Shown: piece after piece, positions 30,364 through 40,016 of the stretch
Layout of the letters: every line of letters starts with the position of its first letter
How positions within the stretch are numbered: the first letter of the stretch is position 1
Assembly (NCBI GenBank): GCA_040905905.1
Contig: JBBDQN010000029.1
Span: 47,154 to 111,153 of the forward strand
Direction of reading: 5' to 3'
Source: Acidimicrobiia bacterium
GTDB lineage: Bacteria; Actinomycetota; Acidimicrobiia; Spongiisociales; ZC4RG35
Length of the DNA stretch: 64,000 nt
Notes under the pieces: generated by a model
What the model saw: only the letters and a program-made list of their open reading frames with translations
Databases searched by the model: none
What the model was told of the DNA's origin: nothing
Position numbers and translations under genes: made by a program

Positions 30364-30999
30364 TCAAGCTTCGGGCGGAGCGTACTGGCTGAAGGCTTCG
30401 AGGACGTGGCTGTTGGTGGCATCTCTGGCTACCGAGCAGTCCCCGGCCGCCAAGGCTTCGATGATCTCGTCGTGCTCGGTGATCCAATCCTTCATGTCCC
30501 CAACAGACTGTGTGCTCTCTCCCATGCTTCGACGCAACAGGTTGAGCTGGGTGAGAAGGACCGGGGAGCCGGAGATCTCACAGACCCTGAAATGGAATTG
30601 GCGGTCGAGTGCCGACCCTTCGGCAAGCGTGGTCGCTGATGCCAGCTTCCGGTTGAGGTCGACCAAGTCGGAGATGTCCTCTCTGGTGATCTTTTTGGCA
30701 GCCAACTCGGCCCCGAGTGCCTCCAAGGTGCCGAGAATGACCGCGCTCTCGTACAACTCGGCGTTATCCGGTCTAACCACCACTGCAGGTTGGTGGGGCT
30801 CGATCGAGATGAAGCCTTCGGCCTCCAGTCGACGCATCGCCTCCCTCACCGGAGTTGGACTGACCCCCAGCAGGTCGGCCACCTCACGCTGGTGTAGCTC
30901 GGTGCCCGGTTCGAGCTCGCCGCCCTCGATCATCGATCTGATAGCGTCGGCCACCAGGTCGGTCTTACTGCGATAACTGACTTTGCTTGTCATCAACAT
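30364..30999 (-). CDS. GntR family regulator (FCD domain)
   Basis: LGVSPTPVREAMRRLEAEG, DRQFH, EHDEIIEAL. Confidence 0.93.
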   Translation of the reverse strand: MLMTSKVSYRSKTDLVADAIRSMIEGGELEPGTELHQREVADLLGVSPTPVREAMRRLEAEGFISIEPHQPAVVVRPDNAELYESAVILGTLEALGAELAAKKITREDISDLVDLNRKLASATTLAEGSALDRQFHFRVCEISGSPVLLTQLNLLRRSMGESTQSVGDMKDWITEHDEIIEALAAGDCSVARDATNSHVLEAFSQYAPPEA

Positions 31000-31089
31000 T
31001 CCTCGATGTCCAAACCCGATCCGGGAAGGTCTTGGTGCGTTGGTGCCCACCGGGACCTGGGGAACGTGACGGCCCGCGCCGGAGCCGGG

Positions 31090-31656
31090 TCAACCCGGCT
31101 CGTTGCCGGGCTTCCAGGAGATGGCGCATCCGAGGCTGGGACGCTGCTCGGCAGATGGCACTTCTCCAGCCAAGGCCGCGGCGATGGCGGCACGGAGGTC
31201 GTCTCCGGTGACCGGCTCCTCGTTCTTGGGCCGACTGCTGTCGAACTGGCCCCTGTAGACCAGGTTCTGATCTGGGTCGAAGAGGAAGAAGTCAGGGGTA
31301 CAGGCGGCCCGATATGCCAGAGCAACCTCCTGGGTCGCATCGATGAGATAGGGAAAGCCGAACCCGGCGCGCTCGACCTGTTCCGCCAGGCCGTCGGGGG
31401 TGTCCTCCGGTTCCTGCTCGACATCGTTGCTGCAGATCCCTACGGCAACCAGACCTTCCTTCTGAAAATCGGACACGAGGCTGCTCAGGGCCTTCTCCAC
31501 ATGCTTGACATAAGGGCAGTGATTGCAGATGAACATAACGAGAAGAGCCTTAGCCCCGGCGAGCTCACCGAGACTCACCGTTTCTCCGGACAACGATGGA
31601 AGCTCGAAGGGCGGGGCCTTGGTCCCCAATGCCAGCATGGTTGATTCGACTGCCAC
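31090..31656 (-). CDS. thioredoxin-like AhpC/TSA family protein
   Basis: FICNHCPYV, ACTPDFFLFD, YRGQFD, SLGCAI. Confidence 0.92.
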   Translation of the reverse strand: MAVESTMLALGTKAPPFELPSLSGETVSLGELAGAKALLVMFICNHCPYVKHVEKALSSLVSDFQKEGLVAVGICSNDVEQEPEDTPDGLAEQVERAGFGFPYLIDATQEVALAYRAACTPDFFLFDPDQNLVYRGQFDSSRPKNEEPVTGDDLRAAIAAALAGEVPSAEQRPSLGCAISWKPGNEPG

Positions 31657-31740
31657 CTGCTCCTCCTACGTCTTAAGCGTCACAACGCAAGGGTCTGTCC
31701 CGATCAGTTGCAGGACCCCTAGAAATGTAGTATATCTCGA

Positions 31741-31756
31741 TGAAACCGCTGTTTCA
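31741..31756. promoter_or_regulatory. palindrome TGAAAC-N4-GTTTCA, candidate IclR operator
   Basis: Perfect 6-bp arms just downstream of an AT-rich -10-like region and upstream of the operon that contains an IclR gene. Confidence 0.55.
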
Positions 31757-31784
31757 ACCAGTGGCAATCGGCAGGAGGAGACAC

Positions 31785-32828
31785 ATGAGGCCAAACGGAA
31801 TGAGAGCGCGAACCCTGGGAGCACTCATAGCAGTGCTCGTGGTGGCCGCCGCCTGCGGGAACGGCGGAGGTTCAAATACCACAGGGGGCGGGACCGATAC
31901 CACCGGTTCCGAACCCGTGGTCATCAATGCGATTCACGGAAGCGGCCTCGACTTCATCCACCTAGTGGGTCTCGCCGCATTCGAGATCCTCGAAGAGCAG
32001 GGCTATGTCGTCGAGAACGTGTTCGCCCAGGAAGCAGAGACTGCGGTGCAAGCCCTGGTCCAGGGTGATGCGCAGGTTGCAGTGAACCTGGGGGTCAACG
32101 TGGGTGTTCCTGCGGTCGATGCCGGAGCCAACATCGTCGATGTGGTGGCGACCCAGCGTCCTACTTGGGCTCTGGCAGCCCGACCCGAGTTCGCGACGAT
32201 GGAGGACCTGGAGGGAGCGCGCATCGGTGTACACGGCGAGGCGTCATTCACCCGGGCGGTGTCGATCTTCTTCGCCGAGGAATACGGGTACACCTACGAG
32301 GAGCTGATCATCCCGGGAAGTGATGTCCGCGCCGAGGCACTCGCCCAGGGCGAACTCGATGCATCGGTCATCGACCTCCCCGACGTGGTTCTTCTCGAGG
32401 CAACCTACCCGGAGTCCTTCCACATCCTCCAGACCATTGGCGAGCGTTTCCCCGAGTTGATCGAGGCCGACGTCTGGATCGACGCCACATGGGCCGAAGC
32501 CAACCCGGAGGTAGCCATAGACGTGGTTGGTGCCTTTGTCCAGGCAGCAAGGAAGATGACCGAAGACACCGCTTACTCGCTCGCGCTAGCCATGGAGCAC
32601 CTGAGCGAGATGGGTGAGGATGTCCTCAGTCGTCTGGTCGAGGAGTACTCCTCGAGGGGCATCTGGCCCCAGGACGGGCTCATCAATGAGGAGCGCGCCC
32701 TCATTACCCTCGAGTTCTTCCAGGAGGTCGGGGAGATAGACATCGAAACCCCAATCACCGGCGAAACTGTTACGCGGTACTTCGACTTCTCCTACTTGGA
32801 AGCGGCTCTACAAGAGCTGGATGGCTGA
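31785..32828 (+). CDS. NMT1/TauA-type ABC substrate-binding lipoprotein
   Basis: AGGAGGAG RBS; lipobox AAAC; DLEGARIG, RAEALAQGELDA. Confidence 0.88.
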   Translation: MRPNGMRARTLGALIAVLVVAAACGNGGGSNTTGGGTDTTGSEPVVINAIHGSGLDFIHLVGLAAFEILEEQGYVVENVFAQEAETAVQALVQGDAQVAVNLGVNVGVPAVDAGANIVDVVATQRPTWALAARPEFATMEDLEGARIGVHGEASFTRAVSIFFAEEYGYTYEELIIPGSDVRAEALAQGELDASVIDLPDVVLLEATYPESFHILQTIGERFPELIEADVWIDATWAEANPEVAIDVVGAFVQAARKMTEDTAYSLALAMEHLSEMGEDVLSRLVEEYSSRGIWPQDGLINEERALITLEFFQEVGEIDIETPITGETVTRYFDFSYLEAALQELDG

Positions 32829-33657
32829 GAGGATGACGGCTGTCGACGGCTGGGGCGAACCCACGGGTTCGCCCCGGCCCGGCCTTCGGTCGCTGCTCGA
32901 TCCCCGGTTCCTGGTGGGGTCGGCAGCCATCGTGGCAGGCTTCCTCGCCTGGGAGATCTACGCTCGCTCGCTCGACAACAACATCTTCTTTCCGACGTTT
33001 CTCTCGATGTTGGCGGCGTTGGGAGACCTCGTGCAGGACCCCGAGTTCTGGGGTGCCTACCGTCTAACGCTGATTCCCTTCGTCTGGGGCTTGCTGGCAT
33101 CCATAGTCCTCGGTGTCGTGATCGGGCTGGTCGCCGGTCTCAGCAGAACCACCTGGAAGCTCGTCTCGCCCTATGTGGCCTTCCTTCACGCTCTTCCGGT
33201 CTCGGTCCTGATCCCAGTTGTAGTGGTGGGCCTCGGGATCGGCCTCGTGGCCAGATCTACCGTGGTCTTCCTCTTCGGTTTCTTTGAGGTGATGCTCAGC
33301 ACCGCGGCCGGAGTCGCCTACATCAGCAACGACATCAGGGATATGGCGCGATCCTTTGGGATGGGACCAGTCCGTTTCTTTCGCCGCGTGGTACTTCCCG
33401 GGGCTATGCCCGCCATCATGGCCGGGATACGGATCGGCACCGGCCGTGCCGTTGTCGGCATGGTGGTGATGGAGTTGCTACTGGTGACGGTGGGAGTCGG
33501 GCGCTTGGTGGCTCGTTATCGCGCCGACTTCGACAGCCCCCGCCTCTATGCGGTTGTATTCACCCTCGCCGCCTTCGGTCTTCTCGCGCTGGCAGTCATG
33601 AGGAGGATCGAGGTCTACGCGCTTCGTTGGCGCAGAGACGCTCCGGGGGCCCAGTGA
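32821..33657 (+). CDS. ABC transporter permease (TauC/SsuC-like)
   Basis: DMARSFG...VVLPGAMPAIMAGIRIG EAA-loop region. Confidence 0.92.
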   Translation: MAERMTAVDGWGEPTGSPRPGLRSLLDPRFLVGSAAIVAGFLAWEIYARSLDNNIFFPTFLSMLAALGDLVQDPEFWGAYRLTLIPFVWGLLASIVLGVVIGLVAGLSRTTWKLVSPYVAFLHALPVSVLIPVVVVGLGIGLVARSTVVFLFGFFEVMLSTAAGVAYISNDIRDMARSFGMGPVRFFRRVVLPGAMPAIMAGIRIGTGRAVVGMVVMELLLVTVGVGRLVARYRADFDSPRLYAVVFTLAAFGLLALAVMRRIEVYALRWRRDAPGAQ

Positions 33658-34454
33658 TCCTGGTCAAGGAGGTCTCCAAAGTGTTCACTCGCGACGGGAA
33701 GTCGTTCGAAGCCCTTCGCGATGTCACATTTGAAGTGGCTACCGGCCGTTTCACCTCTCTGATCGGTCCTAGCGGATGTGGGAAGACCACCCTGCTCAAG
33801 ATGATGGCGGGTCTCACTCGACCCACCAGCGGGACCATCAAGATCGACGACAAAGAGGTAAGCGGGTCAGGCCCGGACCGGGCGCTGGTGTTCCAGAACT
33901 TCGTGCTACTCCCTTGGGCCGACGTCCTGACCAACGCCGCTTTCGGGCTTGAGGCAAGGAGGGTTCCCAAGAAGACGCGGGAGGAGATGGCCCGCTGGCA
34001 GTTGGAGCGTGTCGGTCTTGCTGGGTTCGAGCACCACTACCCGCACGAGTTGTCGGGTGGCATGCAACAGCGTGTCGGAATTGCCAGGGCCCTGGCTGTC
34101 GACCCTGACACCCTCCTCATGGACGAGCCCTTCGGGTCCCTCGACACCATCACCCGCCACGTCATGCAACTCGACCTGCTCCGCCTCTGGCAGGAGACCG
34201 CCAGCAAGACAACGGTGTTCGTCACACACAGCATGGAGGAGGCAGCACTCCTCTCAGACCATGTGATCATCATGGACACCCGTCCGGGCCGGGTGGCCGA
34301 GGTGGTCGAAGTTCCATTCCCTCGCCCTCGAGACGTGGGCCTCACCACCTCACCCGAGTATCAAGCGTTCACCGCAGAGCTGTCCCATCAGCTTGAGCAG
34401 ATGCAGCGAGTCGACATGGCCCGCTCCGCCCAGCTCACCGAAGAAAATGACTGA
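33654..34454 (+). CDS. ABC transporter ATP-binding protein (TauB/SsuB-like)
   Basis: GPSGCGKTT, LSGGMQQR, LLMDEPF, FVTH. Confidence 0.95.
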   Translation: MILVKEVSKVFTRDGKSFEALRDVTFEVATGRFTSLIGPSGCGKTTLLKMMAGLTRPTSGTIKIDDKEVSGSGPDRALVFQNFVLLPWADVLTNAAFGLEARRVPKKTREEMARWQLERVGLAGFEHHYPHELSGGMQQRVGIARALAVDPDTLLMDEPFGSLDTITRHVMQLDLLRLWQETASKTTVFVTHSMEEAALLSDHVIIMDTRPGRVAEVVEVPFPRPRDVGLTTSPEYQAFTAELSHQLEQMQRVDMARSAQLTEEND

Positions 34455-35277
34455 CACCGCTCAGCAGGCGACCGCCCCGGACCCCGTCTCCTGGCAGAAG
34501 GCACCAACGCCCGGGTTGCTGAAGCGAGTCGGCCGGTGGCTTAGCAGATACCGGCTCCAGACCCTTGGTCTGGTCGTCGGTGCCGTCCTCTGGGAGATCG
34601 TGGGACGAGCCGGGGTTTCTCCCGCCCTCCCACCGGTCAGCGCGGTGCTCACCGCCGGGCTCGACCTGTGGTCATCCGAACGTTTCCTGGAAGCAACCAG
34701 GACCAGCGCCAGCGCCATCCTCATCGCCCTCCCGCCCTCGGTCGTGGTGGGTGTGATGCTCGGTCTGCTGATGGGCCTGTTCCGTCCGGTGGAGTGGGTG
34801 TGCAGTCCATACATCAATCTGGCCCTCTCGCTCCCCCTGGTTGCCATCATCCCCATCATCCTCCTCATCTTTGGGCTGTCACGTACCACGATCGTGGTTG
34901 TAATCGTGCTTTACGTGCTCCCAGTCGTGATCGTCAACACCTTCATTGGTGTTCGCAGCGCCGAACCGGACCTGCTCGAGATGGCCTCCTCCTTCAATTC
35001 CGGTCGATGGCTCACCGTCAAGCGAATCGTCTTGCCCTCGGCGCGGCCGCTCACCTTGGCCGGAGTCAGGATCGGGGTGGGTCGATCAATCTCGGGCGGG
35101 ATCGTCGCCGAGCAGGTGGTGGGCGCGTTTGGGGTAGGGGGGCTGGTGCAGCGGCTGGGCGGTGCCTTCGCCGTCGAATCGCTCTACGCCGTGATCATCT
35201 TCATCGGTGCAGTCGGAGTCGCCAGCCTGGCCTTGATAAACCGCGTGGAACAGCGTTACCAGATCGAGAGAGCGTGA
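34447..35277 (+). CDS. ABC transporter permease (TauC/SsuC-like)
   Basis: LLEMASSF...IVLPSARP..LAGVRIG. Confidence 0.92.
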   Translation: MTDTAQQATAPDPVSWQKAPTPGLLKRVGRWLSRYRLQTLGLVVGAVLWEIVGRAGVSPALPPVSAVLTAGLDLWSSERFLEATRTSASAILIALPPSVVVGVMLGLLMGLFRPVEWVCSPYINLALSLPLVAIIPIILLIFGLSRTTIVVVIVLYVLPVVIVNTFIGVRSAEPDLLEMASSFNSGRWLTVKRIVLPSARPLTLAGVRIGVGRSISGGIVAEQVVGAFGVGGLVQRLGGAFAVESLYAVIIFIGAVGVASLALINRVEQRYQIERA

Positions 35278-35300
35278 TACCTGTGACCAAGGACGAGGAT

Positions 35301-36320
35301 ATGAAGATCGACTCGTTTTGCCACATCCTCCCCCGACCGTTCTTCGATCGGGTGATGGAGCTGCCCGAGACGGCAGAGTCGGCGGGACTACGCCGCCGGA
35401 TTAGCAACATACCTGCGTTGTACGACCTCGAGGTCCGGCTCGGCCAGCTCGAGGAGTTCGGAGCAGGCTATCGCCAACTCCTGTCCATGGCTGCACCGCC
35501 AGTAGAGGATCTGGGGCCACCAGAAGTGTCGGTGGAGTTAGCCCGGATCGCCAACGAGAGCCAGGCGGCACTGGTACGGGACCACCCTGAGCGGTTCGTC
35601 GGCTTCGTGGCGTGCGTCCCGGTCAACGACGTCGACGCCTCGCTGGCCGAGATCGACCACGCCCTCGGAGAACTTGGGGCCTCCGGCATCCAGATCTACA
35701 CCCACGTGAATGGCGAACCCTATGACCGAGCCCGCTTCATGCCCCTGTTCGAGAAGATGGCCGACCTCGACAAGATGATTTGGGTCCATCCCAGCCGCAA
35801 CGCCAACTGGCCCGACTATCCCAGCGAGGACCGCTCGCTCTACGAGATCTGGTGGGCCCTGGGATGGCCCTACGACACTGCCACCCTGATGGCACGACTC
35901 GTCTTCTCCGGCGTACTGGAACGCCATCCCGATCTCAGGATCCTGGTCCATCACGGTGGGAGCATGATCCCCCACTTCTCAGGGCGAATCGGGGCCGGCT
36001 GGGACCAGCTGGGGGCGCGGACCCCACCGGACAAGCGCCACGAGGTGGAGCACACCTTGACACAGCGGCCGTATGACTACTTCAAGAAGTTCTATGCAGA
36101 CACGGCTTTGATGGGAGCCCAACACGCCATCGCCTGCTCGCTCGAGTTCTTCGGCGCCGACCAAATGCTCTTCGCCTCCGACTCGCCATACGATCCGGAG
36201 AAGGGGCCCGGGTTCATCCGGGAGACGATCCGCAACCTCGATGGCCTCGCTATCTCCGACGAGGACCGACAGAAGATCTATTCGGGCAATGCGATCCGGC
36301 TTTTCAACCTGGAATTGTGA
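35301..36320 (+). CDS. amidohydrolase_2 family (aromatic-acid decarboxylase-like)
   Basis: MKIDSFCHI, IWVHP, HHGG.MIP, FASDSPYD; GAGG RBS. Confidence 0.88.
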   Translation: MKIDSFCHILPRPFFDRVMELPETAESAGLRRRISNIPALYDLEVRLGQLEEFGAGYRQLLSMAAPPVEDLGPPEVSVELARIANESQAALVRDHPERFVGFVACVPVNDVDASLAEIDHALGELGASGIQIYTHVNGEPYDRARFMPLFEKMADLDKMIWVHPSRNANWPDYPSEDRSLYEIWWALGWPYDTATLMARLVFSGVLERHPDLRILVHHGGSMIPHFSGRIGAGWDQLGARTPPDKRHEVEHTLTQRPYDYFKKFYADTALMGAQHAIACSLEFFGADQMLFASDSPYDPEKGPGFIRETIRNLDGLAISDEDRQKIYSGNAIRLFNLEL

Positions 36321-37034
36321 ATGAGCGCGTCCCCTCACCCCGTCGGTTACCGCAGGGGCAACGACCTGGTCGACGCTCCCTATCTGGTTCCCGAATTCAA
36401 GAGCACCCGGCTCCGTGCTCCCAGGCAGCCGTTGATCTCTCTCAAGCACACACTATCGGAAGTCACTGGCCCGATCTTCAGCCATCGGTCGGTGTCTCCG
36501 GATGAACACGACCTCACCACACGACATGGGGCCAACCCCATCGGGCAGCGGATCATCCTCGGGGGGAGGGTCCTCGACAACGACGGCCGGCCGGTCCGCA
36601 ACACCCTTGTCGAAATGTGGCAGGCGAACTCCGCCGGCCGCTACATACACAAGTGGGACCGTTACCAGGCACCTCTGGACCCCAACTTCGATGGTGTGGG
36701 GCGATGTATCACCGACGACAACGGCGCTTACCAGTTCACCACCATCAAACCCGGGCCCTACCCGTTCGGAAACCACTACAACGCGTGGCGCCCCTCGCAT
36801 ATCCACCTCTCGGTATTCGGGCCTGCCTTCGTGACCAGGCTTGTGACTCAGATGTACTTCCCCGGCGACCCGCTGCTCGCCCAGGACCCGGTGTTCAACT
36901 CAGTGCCCGGCCCGCGGGCGCGCGATCGTCTCATATGCCGGTTCGACCTCGAGACCACCGTCCCGGATTTCGCCAACTCCTACCGCTTCGACATCGTCCT
37001 CCGGGGGCGCGACGCGACCCCCGTCGAGTCGTGA
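36321..37034 (+). CDS. pcaH: protocatechuate 3,4-dioxygenase-like beta subunit (paralogue 1, altered pocket)
   Basis: WQANSAGRY, KPGPYP, WRPSHIH, RLVTQMYF; Fe ligands intact. Confidence 0.9.
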   Translation: MSASPHPVGYRRGNDLVDAPYLVPEFKSTRLRAPRQPLISLKHTLSEVTGPIFSHRSVSPDEHDLTTRHGANPIGQRIILGGRVLDNDGRPVRNTLVEMWQANSAGRYIHKWDRYQAPLDPNFDGVGRCITDDNGAYQFTTIKPGPYPFGNHYNAWRPSHIHLSVFGPAFVTRLVTQMYFPGDPLLAQDPVFNSVPGPRARDRLICRFDLETTVPDFANSYRFDIVLRGRDATPVES

Positions 37035-37579
37035 GCAGAGAACTGACCCCATCTCAGACCGTCGGCCCCTATTTCGGGGTGTCGATGACACCCGAGGAGC
37101 TGACTCGTCTCGTCCCCGAAGGAACTCCGGACGCCGTCGTCCTCACCGGGGTGGTCACCGACGGTGAGGGGAAGCCTGTTCCGGAGGGGATGATCGAGAT
37201 CTGGCAGGCCGATCGCGAAGGGAGTTACGACCGGGCGCCGCAGGGAGAGGGTGAGGCCTTCACAGGCTTCGGGCGCTGTCACACCGACGATGACGGGCTT
37301 TACCGATTCCTCACCTTGAAGCCAGGGCCCGTGCCCGCATCAAGGGGTGGGATGCAGGCCCCTCATGTCAACATGGCGATTTTCGGGGCCGGCCTCGTAA
37401 AGCCGCTGCGAACCCGGGTCTATTTTTCTGACGAGACGGAGGCCAATCGGACCGATCCGGTCTTGGCGCTTGTCGACGAGTCGCGCCGCCACCTGCTGGT
37501 GGCAGACGTCGATGGTTCGGTTGCCAGCCTCGACATCCGTCTTCAGGGTGATGGTGAGACCCCCTTCTTCGAGCTATGA
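37031..37579 (+). CDS. pcaG: protocatechuate 3,4-dioxygenase-like alpha subunit (paralogue 1)
   Basis: TPSQTVGPYF, EIWQAD, QAPH, LQGDGETPFF. Confidence 0.9.
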   Translation: MSRELTPSQTVGPYFGVSMTPEELTRLVPEGTPDAVVLTGVVTDGEGKPVPEGMIEIWQADREGSYDRAPQGEGEAFTGFGRCHTDDDGLYRFLTLKPGPVPASRGGMQAPHVNMAIFGAGLVKPLRTRVYFSDETEANRTDPVLALVDESRRHLLVADVDGSVASLDIRLQGDGETPFFEL

Positions 37580-38454
37580 CCGACCGCGGCACAACCACCG
37601 CTCGGTCCCCAACCGATGGCCCGGCTGCAGGCTCCGGTAAGGTGGCCCACCGGCCATCGACCCCAAGGGAACAAGTGCGCGGAGCCCAAAGACTCTTCGT
37701 CATCGTCGAACAGCTCAGCGCCCGGCCGATGACGCTCACCGAGGTGGCGAAGTCGGCCGACTTGCCCAAGTCGACCGCGCTGAGGTTCCTCCGCACGCTC
37801 GAGGAGGCAGGCTGGGTTTTCCGGGACCGGCTCGGGACCTACTCGCTGGGGGCGGCCATCGCCGGGCTGGCCGCCCAGTATCTGGCGGGGAACCCGCTGG
37901 TGGCTATGACGACACCGCCGATGCGGGCTCTCCACGCCAAATTGGACGAGACCATCTCGCTCAGCCGCCGGGTTGGCCTGGCCCGAGTTTGTGTCCAAGA
38001 GTTCCCCTCCACCCAGAGCCTGCGATTGGTTCTCGGCCTCGGCGAGCTGGGCCCGCTCCATGCCGGCGCCAGCGGAATCCTCCTCTTCGCCTACATGCCC
38101 GAAGAGGAGAGGGGTCGTCTCGCCGAACGGGGCTTCGAGCGGTATACCTCGAAAACCATCGTTGATCTGAAGGAGCTAGAAGCCGAAGCTGAGAAGGTGA
38201 GACAACAGGGCTGGGCGATCACCAAAGGCCAGAAGACCGAGGGAGGAGTAGCCATCGCCGTCCCCATCTCCGAGCCGGGATCGAGGAGCGAGATAGCGGC
38301 TCTCGGTGTCTTCGGTCCGGCGATCAGGTGCAGCACCAAGCGCGAACAGGACATCTGGCTCGAGGCGCTGGTCGAGACCGCTGCGGAGGTAAACGAGGCG
38401 ACGGCGAGAGTGGCCTCGCCTGCCGCCGACCGTATTCGACCGGCCGGGGCCTAG
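37576..38454 (+). CDS. IclR family regulator
   Basis: LTEVAKSADLPKSTALRFL HTH; PLHAGASG; AIAVPI. Confidence 0.93.
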   Translation: MTDRGTTTARSPTDGPAAGSGKVAHRPSTPREQVRGAQRLFVIVEQLSARPMTLTEVAKSADLPKSTALRFLRTLEEAGWVFRDRLGTYSLGAAIAGLAAQYLAGNPLVAMTTPPMRALHAKLDETISLSRRVGLARVCVQEFPSTQSLRLVLGLGELGPLHAGASGILLFAYMPEEERGRLAERGFERYTSKTIVDLKELEAEAEKVRQQGWAITKGQKTEGGVAIAVPISEPGSRSEIAALGVFGPAIRCSTKREQDIWLEALVETAAEVNEATARVASPAADRIRPAGA

Positions 38455-38459
38455 CTGCA

Positions 38460-39242
38460 GTGCTCACAGAACAGCAGAGGCGGGAGTCGAGCCGGCTCCT
38501 GCTCGAGGCCGAGGCAAACCGGGTCCAGATTCCCGGGCCATCGCGAAGCTGGCCCGAGATGACCCTCGACGACTCGTATGCCATCGCCGCCATAGGTATC
38601 GAGACCAAGGTCTCGAGAGGCGCACTTTTCCGGGGCCGGAAGGTTGGTTTGACATCGAGGGCGATGCAACGCTCATCTCGCATCGACGAGCCCGACTTCG
38701 GAGTGCTCCTCGACAACATGTTCTTTGAGGACGGCGCCGTCCTCTCTCGGGCCGATTACACGGTCCCCCGGGTCGAAGCCGAGCTGGCGTTCATCATGGG
38801 CGACCGTCTCGCCGGGCCGGACGTGACCTTAGAAGACGTCTTAGTAGCTATCGACCATATCTTCCCCTCCATCGAGTTGATCGATGCTCGGGCCGAGGAC
38901 CCCCGCACCATCTTCGACACCGTCGCCGACAATGGCGCCGCCGCCGGGGTCATCCTGGGCAGGGAGAGGATCGAGCCGGGCGATCTAGACCTGCGTTGGG
39001 TGGGAGCGATCCTCCTCTGCAACGGCGAGGTCGAGGAGACGGGGTTGGGGGCCGGAGTGCTAGGACATCCCGCCAACGCAGTGGTGTGGCTGGCCAACAA
39101 GCTGGCCGGGTTCGGGCTGGCCATTGAGCCTGGCGAGGTGGTGCTTACCGGATCCTTTGTCCGACCAGTGTGGGCCGAGTCAGGTGATGTGGTAGTCGCC
39201 GATTTTGGAGATCTCGGAACGATCAACCTGGAGTTCGCCTAG
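38460..39242 (+). CDS. hpcG: 2-oxo-hept-4-ene-1,7-dioate hydratase-like (FAH family hydratase/decarboxylase)
   Basis: GRKVGLTSRAMQ, EPDFG, PRVEAELAF, DTVADN, VLGHPA. Confidence 0.82.
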   Translation: MLTEQQRRESSRLLLEAEANRVQIPGPSRSWPEMTLDDSYAIAAIGIETKVSRGALFRGRKVGLTSRAMQRSSRIDEPDFGVLLDNMFFEDGAVLSRADYTVPRVEAELAFIMGDRLAGPDVTLEDVLVAIDHIFPSIELIDARAEDPRTIFDTVADNGAAAGVILGRERIEPGDLDLRWVGAILLCNGEVEETGLGAGVLGHPANAVVWLANKLAGFGLAIEPGEVVLTGSFVRPVWAESGDVVVADFGDLGTINLEFA

Positions 39243-40016
39243 ATGCCTCCCAACCTCCTCCGCAACGTTCTGGGAAGAGGAGATCCCCAAATCGGCCTCC
39301 TCTGCAATCTGGCGTCGAGTTATGCAATCGAGGTGGCGGCAGGAGCCGGGTTCGACTGGATGCTGATCGACGCCGAGCACTCCCCTGCCGACCTGGAGAA
39401 CGTGCTCCGCCAGCTTCAGGCCCTTGCCGCATATCCGACCGCCCCCGTGGTTCGAGTCCCGTGGAACGAGATGGTGGCGATCAAGCGATATCTCGACATC
39501 GGCGTCCAGTCGCTCCTCATCCCATATGTGGAGACCCCGGATCAGGCCGGTCTCGCGGTGCGCTCGACCCGGTACCCGCCGTCAGGAATCCGGGGTGTGG
39601 CACTGGCCACCAGGGCCAGCGGATTCGGCCGAGTTCCCGACTATGCACCGAAAGCTCACGAGGACATCGTGGTCATCGCCCAACTCGAGAATCAGGCCGG
39701 CATGGACAACCTCGAGGCGATCGCCGCGGTTGACGGTATCGATGCGCTTCTCATCGGGCCCTCTGATCTCCACGCGGCGTTCGGTCACGTTGGCGAGACC
39801 ACCCACCCCGACGTGGTTGCCCTCATCGACGCTGCCATCGAGCGCATCGTTGCCACCGGCAAGATCGCCGGGGTGTTCGCCCCTATCGAAGATCTCGCTC
39901 GGCGCTGGATCGACCTGGGAGCACGCCTGGTGCTTGTGGGTACCGACATCGGAATCCTGGCGAGGGGCACTGACATCCTGGCCGAAAGGTTTAAGCGAGC
40001 CAGTGGCCATGGCTAG
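39243..40016 (+). CDS. hpcH: HpcH/HpaI class II pyruvate aldolase
   Basis: FDWMLIDAEHSP, RYPPSGIRG, IGPSDL. Confidence 0.85.
   Translation: MPPNLLRNVLGRGDPQIGLLCNLASSYAIEVAAGAGFDWMLIDAEHSPADLENVLRQLQALAAYPTAPVVRVPWNEMVAIKRYLDIGVQSLLIPYVETPDQAGLAVRSTRYPPSGIRGVALATRASGFGRVPDYAPKAHEDIVVIAQLENQAGMDNLEAIAAVDGIDALLIGPSDLHAAFGHVGETTHPDVVALIDAAIERIVATGKIAGVFAPIEDLARRWIDLGARLVLVGTDIGILARGTDILAERFKRASGHG

Noticed and set aside
34668-35300. Apparent long N-terminal extensions of ORFs (also 39424, 27690, 57237, 36617)
   Set aside because: They overlap upstream genes in another frame; downstream starts with an RBS, translational coupling or a -10 element fit better, so they are not fusions
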